From Gemmatimonadota bacterium (GTDB lineage Bacteria; Gemmatimonadota; Gemmatimonadetes; Longimicrobiales; Gaopeijiaceae): a stretch of 57,093 nt of DNA. Made by a program: the position numbers and the translations under genes. Positions 1 to 9,186 of this stretch are shown piece after piece (positions within the stretch are counted from its first letter, which is position 1; the number at the start of each line of letters is the position of its first letter). The stretch covers positions 1-57,093 of the forward strand of contig JBDHHQ010000026.1 of the NCBI GenBank assembly GCA_039589315.1, given 5' to 3'. The notes beneath the pieces were generated by a model. It was not told the origin of the DNA. It searched no databases and worked only from the letters and a program-made list of their open reading frames with translations.

Positions 1-90
1 TGATCGCATGGGTCCCGTCGCCTTTGTGCGGAGCCGCGCAGGCACCGACCGGAGTGGCAGGTCATGGCTCGAAACGCGGGCCCGTGACAT
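1..90 (-). CDS. possible 5' end of a gene running off the left edge (partial)
   Basis: ATG at 90 on the minus strand follows a GGGAG SD-like sequence, and the frame is open to the window edge (MSRARVSSHDLPLRSVP...). No homology is recognisable. Confidence 0.25.
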   Translation of the reverse strand, partial: MSRARVSSHDLPLRSVPARLRTKATGPMRS

Positions 91-302
91 ACTCCCATCG
101 CGCCTGTTCCGATGGCACTGGCAACGTGGGGGCACGGCGCGTGGACCGAAAGCCCGACAGGCGACGACGAGGCTCCGCGGGGTTCCGGGGCATCCGTGAG
201 GCGGTCGGAACGTCCGGGCACCGGGTTTCGGGAGACGGTGTAGGACGGGCGCGGGCACAACGGTCAGGTGCGGCGATTCCTTCTTCCCAAGAGGCCGAAC
301 CG

Positions 303-1427
303 ATGGACGCTCCCTTCGTGAGCAGAGCGGGCGCGCATCGCCGGCGAAGCGCGAGATCCGGGCCGCTCTCCAGGTGCGCGCTCGGTCGGACCGTTCTCGG
401 CTTCACCCTCCTCGCATGGGCAGGACCCGCATGGGCCCAGGCCCCGGAGACGGATATGGGACTCACCTCGGTGGCGGGCGTGAAGGTCGGCCATGTGACT
501 CTGGACGGTCGCCCGACGGGGTGCACCGTGGTTTTGACGGAAGAGGGGGTCGTGGGCGCGGTCGACGTGCGCGGAGGCGCGCCGGGCACGCGCGAAACCG
601 ACCTCCTGGATCCTGCCAACACGGTGCAGGAGGTGAACGCGGTCGTGTTGGCCGGTGGGAGCGCCTTCGGGCTGGACGCGGCTTCGGGCGTCATGCGCTA
701 CCTGGAGGAACGGGGGCGGGGGTACCGTGTGGGTGATACGGTCGTGCCCATCGTGGTGGGCGCGATCCTGTTCGATCTGCTCGTCGGAGAAGATCCGAGC
801 GTGCGTCCGGGGGCCGAGTGCGGCTACCGGGCGGCCGCCGTCGCGAGCACCGACACGCCTGCCGAGGGGAGCGTGGGGGCGGGGGCGGGCGCCACCGTCG
901 GGAAGCTCAGGGGCATGGCCCGGGCCATGAGAGGCGGGATCGGCACGGCCTCCGTGTCGCTGCCGGGGGGCCTGACGGTGGCCGTGCTGGTGGCCGTCAA
1001 CAGCGTGGGCGACGTCGTCGACCCGACCACCGGGGCGGTCGTCGCCGGAGTGCGGACGGAGGACGGCCAGGGTCTGGCCGATGCGCGCCGCCTGGTCAGG
1101 GCGTCGGTAGCGGAGACCCCCGACGGGCGGGCGAACACCACCATCGCGGTCGTCGCCACCAACGCCCGCCTTACCCAGGCCGAGGCGACCAAGGTCGCGC
1201 GCATGGCTCACGACGGCATCGCACGGGCCGTCTATCCGGCGCACACCCCTGGCGACGGTGACACGGTGTTCGCGCTCGCCACCGGCGCCTACGAGGGTGC
1301 CGCGCCGCTGCTCGTCGTGGGTGCGCTGGCCGCCGACGTCATGGCCGAGGCGATCGTGCGGGGGGTCCGGGCCGCGACGGCTCTCCCCGGGCTACCTGCC
1401 GCCACCGACCTGGCCCCGGGCCGGTGA
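303..1427 (+). CDS. P1/S58 (DmpA/NylC-like) peptidase with predicted signal peptide
   Basis: Motifs GVKVGH, TGCTV, VDVRGGAPGTRET, LAGGSAFGL, ANTTIAVVATNA and PAHTPGDGD; signal-like FTLLAWAGPAWA-Q. Start at ATG 303 is uncertain. Confidence 0.9.
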   Translation: MDAPFVSRAGAHRRRSARSGPLSRCALGRTVLGFTLLAWAGPAWAQAPETDMGLTSVAGVKVGHVTLDGRPTGCTVVLTEEGVVGAVDVRGGAPGTRETDLLDPANTVQEVNAVVLAGGSAFGLDAASGVMRYLEERGRGYRVGDTVVPIVVGAILFDLLVGEDPSVRPGAECGYRAAAVASTDTPAEGSVGAGAGATVGKLRGMARAMRGGIGTASVSLPGGLTVAVLVAVNSVGDVVDPTTGAVVAGVRTEDGQGLADARRLVRASVAETPDGRANTTIAVVATNARLTQAEATKVARMAHDGIARAVYPAHTPGDGDTVFALATGAYEGAAPLLVVGALAADVMAEAIVRGVRAATALPGLPAATDLAPGR

Positions 1428-2818
1428 ACCTCCAACTCGGTCTGCTGCTGGCCTACTCGGCGGCGCTGATCGGGCTGGGGCTGTGGATCGGCCGCCGCGT
1501 CGAGGGGAGCGGGGACTTCTTCGTCGCGGGCCGGCGGCTGGGTCCAGGCCTCCTCTTCGCCACCATGTTGGCCGCGAACATCGGCGCCGGGTCCACGGTG
1601 GGTGCCGCCGGCCTGGGGTACCGGGACGGCCTCAGCGGCTTCTGGTGGGTGGGATCCGCAGGTGTGGGCACGCTGATCCTGGCCATCTGGGTGGGGCCCA
1701 GGATCTGGCGTGTAGCCTCGGCGGGTGGCCTGTACACCGTCGGCGACTACCTCGAGCTGAGATATGGGCTCTCCATCCGCGCCGTCATCGCGGTGCTGCT
1801 GTGGTTGGGGACGTTGTCGATTCTGGCCGGGCAGCTCATCGCCATGGCATGGGTCCTGGAGGTGGTGGCGGGGACGCCGAGGTGGGCCGCCGTGTTGATC
1901 GGGGGCGGGGTCATGATCGTCTACTTCACGGCCGGGGGGCTCCTCACGTCGGCTTGGGTCAATCTCGTCGAGCTCGTGGTGCTGGTCGCGGGGTTCGCCG
2001 TCGCACTGCCGTGGGCGCTATGGGCCGCCGGCGGCTGGGCGGCAGTCACGGCGGCGGCTCCGGTGTCCGTCGAAGGCTATCTGAACCCGTCGCAGGGCGG
2101 GGAATCGGGGTGGATGTATATCGCGTTGCTCGCCCCGGCCTTCGTGGTGTCTCCCGGGCTGCTTCAGAAGGTCTACGGCGCGAGGAGCGAGCGTGCTGTC
2201 CGCGTCGGGGTCAGCGCCGTGGGCGTCGCCCTCCTCCTGTTCGCGTTCGTCCCGCCGGTGCTGGGGATGGTCGCCAGGGTCTACGCGCCCGCCTTGGCCA
2301 ATCACGAGCTGGCCTTGCCGACGGTGCTGTCCGTGGGTCTGCCCCTCTGGCTCGGCACGCTGGCGCTGGCCGCCGTCTTCTCGGCCGAGATCAGCTCGGC
2401 TGACGCCATTCTCTTCATGTTGTCGACGTCGCTCTCGAAGGACCTCTACAAGCGCTTGGTCGCTCCGGACGCGGGCGACAGCCAGGTGCTCCTGGTGGCG
2501 AGATGGGCCGCGGTCGTGGGCGGCGGACTGGCCCTGGTTCTGGCCCTCGTGCTGCCCACCGTCATCGACTCGCTGACGATCTTCTACGCCCTTCTGGGCG
2601 TGAGCTTGTTCGTCCCGGTCGTGGCCGGCCTCTACACGCGGCGACCCGGCGTGCCGGAGGCCGCCGCGGCCATCGGCGGCGGGGTCGTGGCGTTGGCCGC
2701 AGCTCGCCTCCTGGGACTCGGGACACTGCATGCGCTGCTCGACCCGACGGTCGTGGGCCTGGTCGCCTCCGGACTGGCGTTCGCCCTGGTCTTCTGGCTG
2801 AGAACGGTCAAAGCGTAG
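1424..2818 (+). CDS. sodium:solute symporter (SSS) family transporter
   Basis: About 13 hydrophobic segments, DFFVAGRRLG, and an AAVFSAEISSAD motif. GTGA overlap with the peptidase. Confidence 0.9.
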   Translation: MNLQLGLLLAYSAALIGLGLWIGRRVEGSGDFFVAGRRLGPGLLFATMLAANIGAGSTVGAAGLGYRDGLSGFWWVGSAGVGTLILAIWVGPRIWRVASAGGLYTVGDYLELRYGLSIRAVIAVLLWLGTLSILAGQLIAMAWVLEVVAGTPRWAAVLIGGGVMIVYFTAGGLLTSAWVNLVELVVLVAGFAVALPWALWAAGGWAAVTAAAPVSVEGYLNPSQGGESGWMYIALLAPAFVVSPGLLQKVYGARSERAVRVGVSAVGVALLLFAFVPPVLGMVARVYAPALANHELALPTVLSVGLPLWLGTLALAAVFSAEISSADAILFMLSTSLSKDLYKRLVAPDAGDSQVLLVARWAAVVGGGLALVLALVLPTVIDSLTIFYALLGVSLFVPVVAGLYTRRPGVPEAAAAIGGGVVALAAARLLGLGTLHALLDPTVVGLVASGLAFALVFWLRTVKA

Positions 2819-2838
2819 GCAAACCCCCGGCAACGCAC

Positions 2839-4602
2839 TCAGCGAAGGGCGAGGACCTCCCTGAGGACGAGGAGGTTGCGCAGCACCCGGTCGGCCCCCC
2901 ACCAGTCGTCCCCCGGGTGGGGTGGCGCCGAGAGGCGTTTGCGCACCGCTCGCCGGGCTCGCAACGCGATTCGCCGACCGCGGTGGACCAGCCGGTGACC
3001 CAACCGAGCCTCGGCTTCGATGCGGTCGATCAGCCGGAGGAGGGTGCTCGGCGGAACGAGGTCGTCCAGCCGGCTGGGCGTGGATCGAATCATGTCCCGG
3101 AGGGCACCTGCGTGGGATCGCACCTCGGTGCCGATGTCGAAGTAGTACCCCGCCCGAGTCGCGCGCGGGACCTCGAACACGTCCGGGTAGGCCCTCTCCA
3201 CCGCCTCATGGAAGACGTAGGACCGGCGCATCTCCACCGTGAGGGCGGCCAGGAAGTCCATGAGGTCGTAGTCCAGGAGCGGGAAACGCGGCGTCATGTA
3301 TGCGCCGGGGAAGTGCTGACGCCACGGCAGCAGGACGCTTGGGAGTCGTGCGGACACGTAGAAATAGCCGCGCCCTCCCCCGGACTGGTCCGCCCTCTGT
3401 TGAAGGTGCGCGTTATCCAACGTCACGCCGGCCTCGAACCGGTCGAAGGTGTCGGCAGGTAAGAGCCGACGCAGCCACCGGATACGGTCAAAGGGGTACA
3501 TGCTGCCGGGCGGGTGGTAGAGCCCGGCTCGGGCTCGTCCCCCCTCCCGCAATGGATTATCCCCGTGCCGCGCCTCACCGGTCAGGAGGACGGGGTGAGA
3601 CAGCCCCCGCACCTCCGTCTCCAGAGTGCGCCATGCGTCCACTTCGTCGCAGACGTGTGCCATGCCCTGGCCCAGACGAGCGTTGTCGCGGATATGCCTG
3701 ATGAAGTCCCCGGAGTACGATGGGATCACCTCATGCCGGTACCCGAGGCGTTCGCTCACCCGCGCCGCGACCCAAGGATCCGACCCGGGCTCTGGCGGTC
3801 CCGATGCGTACGAAAAGCAGATGACGTCGCGCACGCCCAGGGTTCTGGCCAGGATGGCCGCCAGGGCTGCGGAATCCCAGCCACCGCTGAGTGACAGGAA
3901 GAGCGATGGCTGGTCGGCGATGCAGCGCTCCACGCCTTGCTGACTCAGCCGGAGGAGCTCCACCAGCACCTCCTCACGGTCTCGCGCCGGGTCGGACGCC
4001 TCGAAGGGGAGGCGCCAGTGCGGCTCGGACCGAATCCCGTGGTGCGTGACCTCGTGGACGGAGGCCCGGTCCAGGACCCGTATCCCCGTGTAGGGAGTGC
4101 GACCCACGTGCATTACGCCGTTGGACAGATACCACGCGACGCCGATCGGGTCGACGGGGAAGAAGGCCGTGTCCAGGGCGGTGAGGGAGGTGGAAACCCG
4201 CGCACCTCCCGAAGCTTCGGAGGCGAAGACTCGACGGGTGCCCATGCGGTCCGTGACGATCTCGACCGCGTCGCCAGTGACGTCCACCAGGAGGATGACA
4301 TAGCTGCCGTTCAGGTCGCGGGCGAAGCTCGACCCTTCGCGCAGAAACCCCTCGGCGATCTCCGAAGGCTTCTGACTCGGGTAGGTTTCGCCCCAAACGA
4401 AGGCCATGAGACGCCCCGAGGGCTCGGTCCCGGCGACCGTAGCCGGGGAACGGACGACCGTTACGCGACGGGTGGCCGTGCTCAGAGCGTGGACCGTGCC
4501 GCCCGGAGGCGTGGGGAGTGGCTCGGCAGGGGGCGCAGCGGCCGGATCGACCCGAACCAGAAGGGCCGGCGCCGCCAGGTCCGTGCCGCCGCGGATCGTC
4601 AA
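2839..4602 (-). CDS. asparagine synthase (AsnB)-related protein
   Basis: LNGSY...TDRMGTRRVF in the N-domain, LSLSGGWDS PP-loop, LLTGE, and RFPLLDYDL. Start uncertain (TTG 4602 or ATG 4407). Confidence 0.75.
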   Translation of the reverse strand: MTIRGGTDLAAPALLVRVDPAAAPPAEPLPTPPGGTVHALSTATRRVTVVRSPATVAGTEPSGRLMAFVWGETYPSQKPSEIAEGFLREGSSFARDLNGSYVILLVDVTGDAVEIVTDRMGTRRVFASEASGGARVSTSLTALDTAFFPVDPIGVAWYLSNGVMHVGRTPYTGIRVLDRASVHEVTHHGIRSEPHWRLPFEASDPARDREEVLVELLRLSQQGVERCIADQPSLFLSLSGGWDSAALAAILARTLGVRDVICFSYASGPPEPGSDPWVAARVSERLGYRHEVIPSYSGDFIRHIRDNARLGQGMAHVCDEVDAWRTLETEVRGLSHPVLLTGEARHGDNPLREGGRARAGLYHPPGSMYPFDRIRWLRRLLPADTFDRFEAGVTLDNAHLQQRADQSGGGRGYFYVSARLPSVLLPWRQHFPGAYMTPRFPLLDYDLMDFLAALTVEMRRSYVFHEAVERAYPDVFEVPRATRAGYYFDIGTEVRSHAGALRDMIRSTPSRLDDLVPPSTLLRLIDRIEAEARLGHRLVHRGRRIALRARRAVRKRLSAPPHPGDDWWGADRVLRNLLVLREVLALR

Positions 4603-4831
4603 ACGCCGACTCGTGCCGGAGCAGCGGAGGGCAGCTTCACGATGAAGTGGTGCGGGGTGACGCGCGGTGCGGTGGGAGGGGCAGTCCAGCCACACCCCCG
4701 CCGCCTGGACCGCCGGGCCACACCAGGCCGACAGCATGCCCTCGCGCACCACGTGCGCGGGGCTGTGGGCACATCCCCTCACGAGACAGTAAGTCCGCGG
4801 GTTGGCGTGAGGAAGAGGCTGCACGGCGGGC

Positions 4832-5905
4832 TCAACCGGCCACGGCTTCGACGAGCCGCCTGGGATCGTGCTCCGCACGGAGCGCCACTCCGGCCCGTCG
4901 CGCCGCTGCGGAGAAGTGCTCGTAGCGAGCGGCGACGTCCTTCGCCGCCTCGACCGCCGCATCGATGTCGTCGGGCCGGACGGCGGCGCCCGCGCCGAAG
5001 CGTCGGACGGGGCGTTCCATCCAGGTGCCATCGTGCACGAGGATCGGCGCGCCCGCGGAGAGAGCGTCGAGGGTCACGCCGCTCACCCGGTCGGCGAAGT
5101 CGACGGGATCATAGAGCTGGATGCAGACGGCGCCCTCGAAGGAGCGTCGGTACAGGTGCTCGTCGAGACTCCCGGACTCGATGCGCAGCGCGGGGTAGCC
5201 GAGCCCCTCCAGGCGCCGAATGTCCAGGGCGACGTCCGGGCTCCGCCGGCCGTAGGAGTCCCCGACAGTCTGGACCAGCACTGGGATTCCCTCGTTGGCT
5301 TCGGCGAGTCGCGCGACGAGCTCCACCACGCGGTGAAACCCTTTGTCGCGGCGCGCCGCTCCCGCGAAGAGCAGATGGCGAAACGGCACCGGGCCGACGC
5401 CCGCGTCGGCTGGCATGAGCGTCGGGTAGGGCACGTGGCGGACCCTCCGAAAGCCGCACGACGCGAGGACGTCCCGCACGGTGACGGTGGTCGTGAGCAG
5501 CCTCATCTCGGGACGGCGCCTGGCGACGGCCGCCAGGCTCCTCAGTCTCTGGGGTGTGGGGCGCAGCCAGTGCACGTAGAGCACGGCCGTCCCGCGGCTC
5601 CGCCGGCCCAACGCGCGATCAGCCAGCACGATGTCCGTCCGTCCCGCCGTGGGAAGGAACACGGTGCGTCCTTCACGGAGAAGTCTGCGCACCAGGAAGA
5701 ACGTCTGTGGCACGCGGATCCTACGACTGAACCAGGGCGTCAGCCGGACGTGACCGCCCGGGATCAGATCGGCCCGCGCCTTCCGTCCGGCCCAGACGCG
5801 AACGCGGAGCTCCGGCGCCGCGGCGCAGAACCTCGTGACCAGCGCTCGGGGGTGTCCCCGATGGTCCTCGAGAGTGGGCTCGACGATGTGGATCGGCTGG
5901 GACAA
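4832..5905 (-). CDS. GT-B (GT4-like) glycosyltransferase
   Basis: N-terminal GH motif, FAGAARRDKGF, and SGVTLDALSAGAPIL acceptor/nucleotide-sugar motifs. Confidence 0.8.
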   Translation of the reverse strand: MSQPIHIVEPTLEDHRGHPRALVTRFCAAAPELRVRVWAGRKARADLIPGGHVRLTPWFSRRIRVPQTFFLVRRLLREGRTVFLPTAGRTDIVLADRALGRRSRGTAVLYVHWLRPTPQRLRSLAAVARRRPEMRLLTTTVTVRDVLASCGFRRVRHVPYPTLMPADAGVGPVPFRHLLFAGAARRDKGFHRVVELVARLAEANEGIPVLVQTVGDSYGRRSPDVALDIRRLEGLGYPALRIESGSLDEHLYRRSFEGAVCIQLYDPVDFADRVSGVTLDALSAGAPILVHDGTWMERPVRRFGAGAAVRPDDIDAAVEAAKDVAARYEHFSAAARRAGVALRAEHDPRRLVEAVAG

Positions 5906-6159
5906 CGGCGCGCCGTCAGAGTAGAGGGAGTCGTTGCTTCATCCGGAGTACAAGCCTGCCGGGCGAGCAAAGGACAACCAGCGGTCTCGGTAAGCAAGCG
6001 GCGCAGCCGTCAGCGTCCCCGACGCGAATGCGCGCGCCCCCCCGGCCATTGCGCGCACCACCATCAAGCGCCCCTCGACGCCATTGCGCGCGCACCTATC
6101 TCCACAGTACCCTGGCCCCGCGATTCGCGCTCTGCCGTCACCTCCGATCCGGACTGGTC

Positions 6160-6795
6160 TTGAAGCTCCCTGCGCTAATAATGGTCGGACTCGTCCTGGC
6201 CCCTGCGTCGGCCGCGGCCCAGGCCTCCACGTGGGGGAACGGTTTCGGGTTCCAATGGCAGATCGGCTACAAGTCGGTGGGCGGGGGCTACGGCGACCTG
6301 CTGACGGACGGCATCGACGCCGACATCAACATCTTCTACAACCACAACAAGCTGCGTATCGGAGGCGGTGGCAACTTCGTCTCCCTGAACGTGGTGGAGC
6401 CGCTCCAGGACGAGAGCGTGAGCAGCGTGGAGCTCCACGCGTTCCTGGGTTACCACTTCCTGCGCGGCAACTTCCAGCCCTACGTCCAGGGCCGATTCAA
6501 CTTCGTGCGCATGCGCCCCGAAGGTCACGACTTCGACTTCGACCCGGAGGCGCCCCCTGAGGATCCGGAGGAGGGCGAGAACTTGGCCGACCGTCGCGCC
6601 GGCTTCGGCGGCGGACTGGTGGCGGGCTTCGAGTACCGGCTGTCCCGCAAGATCGGACTCGAGGCCAACGCCTCGATCGACGCCTTCGCGACCGAAGAGG
6701 TCGATCTGGCCGAGATCGAGGAGCCGAGCCTCCAGGGCACGTTCACCGACGGCAACCGATGGGGATTCCGTGTCGGCATCAACTGGTATCCCTAG
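6160..6795 (+). CDS. outer-membrane beta-barrel protein (OmpA/OmpW-like size)
   Basis: Signal peptide (LKLPALIMVGLVLAPASAAAQ), alternating amphipathic strands, PYVQG and GFEYRL motifs, and a C-terminal VGINWYP. TTG start inferred. Confidence 0.75.
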   Translation: MKLPALIMVGLVLAPASAAAQASTWGNGFGFQWQIGYKSVGGGYGDLLTDGIDADINIFYNHNKLRIGGGGNFVSLNVVEPLQDESVSSVELHAFLGYHFLRGNFQPYVQGRFNFVRMRPEGHDFDFDPEAPPEDPEEGENLADRRAGFGGGLVAGFEYRLSRKIGLEANASIDAFATEEVDLAEIEEPSLQGTFTDGNRWGFRVGINWYP

Positions 6796-6811
6796 CCGGA
6801 GCGCGGCACCC

Positions 6812-8494
6812 GTGACCGGCGTGCGCTTCCTGGCGGCCGTCGGCATCGCGCTCGCGGGCGTCGTTGCACCCCTGTCGGGTCAGCTCGCGGCTACCCGGTC
6901 CTTCGAGATCGGGCCCGTGGGAGCCGTGGACCCGCTCGTACCCGTGGACACGACGCTCACCGACGGTCCGGACCCGGATTCCACCACCGCCACGGTGGCG
7001 GAGCGCCTCGTCGCGGGAGCTCGCCTGGGCTCCCCCACGACGGCGGAGGAGGCGGACGGACCCGCCCAGCAGGCGCCTCAGGGCTTCCCGCCCAACGCGG
7101 ACGTCTGGGGCGCCTCCCCCAACGTGGCGCTGGGGATCGGCGAGATCCTGATCGTGAACGTCATCCCGTGGGCGTTCAACGAGTACGCGCGGAACGCCAA
7201 CTTCTCCCAGGTGAATCCGCGCAGCTGGTACGAGAACGTCAAGCACGGCTTCACGTGGGACGACAACAACTTCTCCACGAACATGTTCGCCCACCCGTTC
7301 CACGGGAACCTGTACTACAACTCTGGGCGCTCCAACGGGCTGAGCTACTGGCAGTCCGTGCCCTTCGCCTTCGGCGGCAGCGTGATCTGGGAGTTCTTCG
7401 GGGAGACCCATCCACCCGCCATCAACGACTGGATCCACACGAGCATCGGCGGCATCGCCATCGGTGAATCGCTCTACCGGATCTCCTCGACGGTGTTGGA
7501 CAATCAGGCCACGGGGAGCGAGCGGATCTGGCGCGAGCTCGGGGCGGCGGCGATGAACCCCGTGCGGGCGTTCAACCGCCTGGTCACCGGTCGGATCGGC
7601 AAGGTCTACGACAACCCCACGAATCCCTGGGACCACATCCCGCCCCACCTTTCCAACGTTCTGAGCACCGGCGTGCGCGTGATCCAGGACGAAGGCAGGG
7701 AGCGGACCGACGAGGAGGGCAACGTCGTGAACGATGGCGCCCAGGTCGGTGCGTTCTTCGAAGTGGACTTTCAGTTCGGCGGACCGTTCCAGATCGACCG
7801 GAAGAAGCCCTTCGACTTTTTCGTCATGGGCCTCCAGATCAACACGAAGGACAAGCAGGCCATCGGGCGCTGGCAGATTCGGGGAAGCCTTGCGCACTGG
7901 GACCTGAAGCGCTCCGAGGACGTGCATCACAGGATCTTCCTGTCCCAGGACTACGACTACCTGAACAACAACGCCTACGAGTTCGGGGGTCAGAGCGTCA
8001 GCGGGGTCCTGGTTTCGGGGTGGCAGCTCTCGGAGCGCTGGCAGCTGCTGACCAATGTCAACGCGACGGGCATGATCCTCGGCGCGGTCAACTTCGACGG
8101 CGCCAGCCTCCAGGACTTCCCGACCCAGGAGCGGCTCCGGGAATACGACTTCGGTCCGGGAGTCGGGACGCAGTTGGGTGGGTCGCTGGTGCGGGATGCC
8201 ACCCGGCTGGTGGATCTGTCGTACCGAGTCACCTGGCTCTGGACCGTGAACGGCGCCGTGCTCACGACCGACGAGGGGCAGGTCGAGGACAACTCGCGGC
8301 ACCGCATCCAGATGCTCCGGGCGCGCCTTCGCGTACCGATCCACCGCAACTTCCACCTCGGGTTCGATTGGACCGGCTTCTTCCGCGATACGAGGTTCGA
8401 CGACCCGGACTTCGCCGACGACCTGCACCAGTTCACCCGAGAGCTCCGGGTCTTTGGCGCGTGGAGCGTGGGGCGGGGTTCGGCGGAGCGGTAG
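6812..8494 (+). CDS. DUF3943-domain exported/outer-membrane protein
   Basis: WDDNNFSTNMFAHPFHGNLYYNSGRSNG...WEFFGETHPPAIND...GE is typical of DUF3943. Signal peptide and a beta-strand-rich C-terminal half. GTG start inferred. Confidence 0.75.
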   Translation: MTGVRFLAAVGIALAGVVAPLSGQLAATRSFEIGPVGAVDPLVPVDTTLTDGPDPDSTTATVAERLVAGARLGSPTTAEEADGPAQQAPQGFPPNADVWGASPNVALGIGEILIVNVIPWAFNEYARNANFSQVNPRSWYENVKHGFTWDDNNFSTNMFAHPFHGNLYYNSGRSNGLSYWQSVPFAFGGSVIWEFFGETHPPAINDWIHTSIGGIAIGESLYRISSTVLDNQATGSERIWRELGAAAMNPVRAFNRLVTGRIGKVYDNPTNPWDHIPPHLSNVLSTGVRVIQDEGRERTDEEGNVVNDGAQVGAFFEVDFQFGGPFQIDRKKPFDFFVMGLQINTKDKQAIGRWQIRGSLAHWDLKRSEDVHHRIFLSQDYDYLNNNAYEFGGQSVSGVLVSGWQLSERWQLLTNVNATGMILGAVNFDGASLQDFPTQERLREYDFGPGVGTQLGGSLVRDATRLVDLSYRVTWLWTVNGAVLTTDEGQVEDNSRHRIQMLRARLRVPIHRNFHLGFDWTGFFRDTRFDDPDFADDLHQFTRELRVFGAWSVGRGSAER

Positions 8495-8676
8495 CGTGAC
8501 GCACCGGCGGGAGCCGCAGCTGTGCAGTCGCAGGCCTTCTCACTCATCGCGCTAGACCACCGAGCGATCGCCGTGCGGGCTTCCGCACCTCTTCTCCCGA
8601 CTGGCCACGGCACCAGGGCGATCACGGTCCTGCTCTGCCTCTTCCTCGCGGCCTCCGCCTTCACGGCGGCGGAGGC

Positions 8677-9186
8677 GTGCTGGGCGCGTACTCCGGCGGC
8701 ATGCTCGCTCTCGTCGGTTCCTTGATTCCCTGTGGCCAAACGATGGCGGGCCCCACGTGCTCGGCCTGGGTGGCGGGGATCGGTGGTGTCGTGGGCGCGA
8801 CCGCGGGCGCCACGGTGGGCGCAGCGGATGACGAGCGCTTCGTCCGCCGTGTCGAGGCCGGGATGATCGGCGCGGCGGCCGGGGCCGTGGTCGGCTACGC
8901 GCTGAAGGGGGTGGTGCGCCAGTACGGTTGGCTGGATGTGGTGTCCGGCGCCGCCATCGGCCTGGCCGTAGGATCGTCTGCCAAGGGAGCCGCCATCGGC
9001 CTCGGCGCGGGGGCCCTGGCGGGCGGGGTCCTCCTGGCCACCGTCCCCCGCGTGCGCGTCACGGACGCCGTGGCCGTGAGCGCGGCCGGCCTGGCCCTGG
9101 GCGGGATCCTCGGCTGGGTCAACGATGCGGTTCGCGCCAACGAGGCGTCGTTTACGCCGGTCTTCTCCGTGAGCTGGACGCCGTGA
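8677..9186 (+). CDS. glycine-rich hypothetical membrane protein (5' end possibly frameshifted)
   Basis: Glycine-zipper-like hydrophobic segments, a Cys pair and a C-terminal FSVSW. Its stop overlaps the next gene's start. Confidence 0.6.
   Translation: MLGAYSGGMLALVGSLIPCGQTMAGPTCSAWVAGIGGVVGATAGATVGAADDERFVRRVEAGMIGAAAGAVVGYALKGVVRQYGWLDVVSGAAIGLAVGSSAKGAAIGLGAGALAGGVLLATVPRVRVTDAVAVSAAGLALGGILGWVNDAVRANEASFTPVFSVSWTP

Noticed and set aside
2839..4830. Lasso peptide cluster (AsnB-like cyclase plus a precursor in the 4600-4830 gap)
   Set aside because: There is no B1/B2 (RRE/peptidase) gene, and the only small ORF (MCPQPRARG...) lacks the leader motif and ring Asp/Glu.
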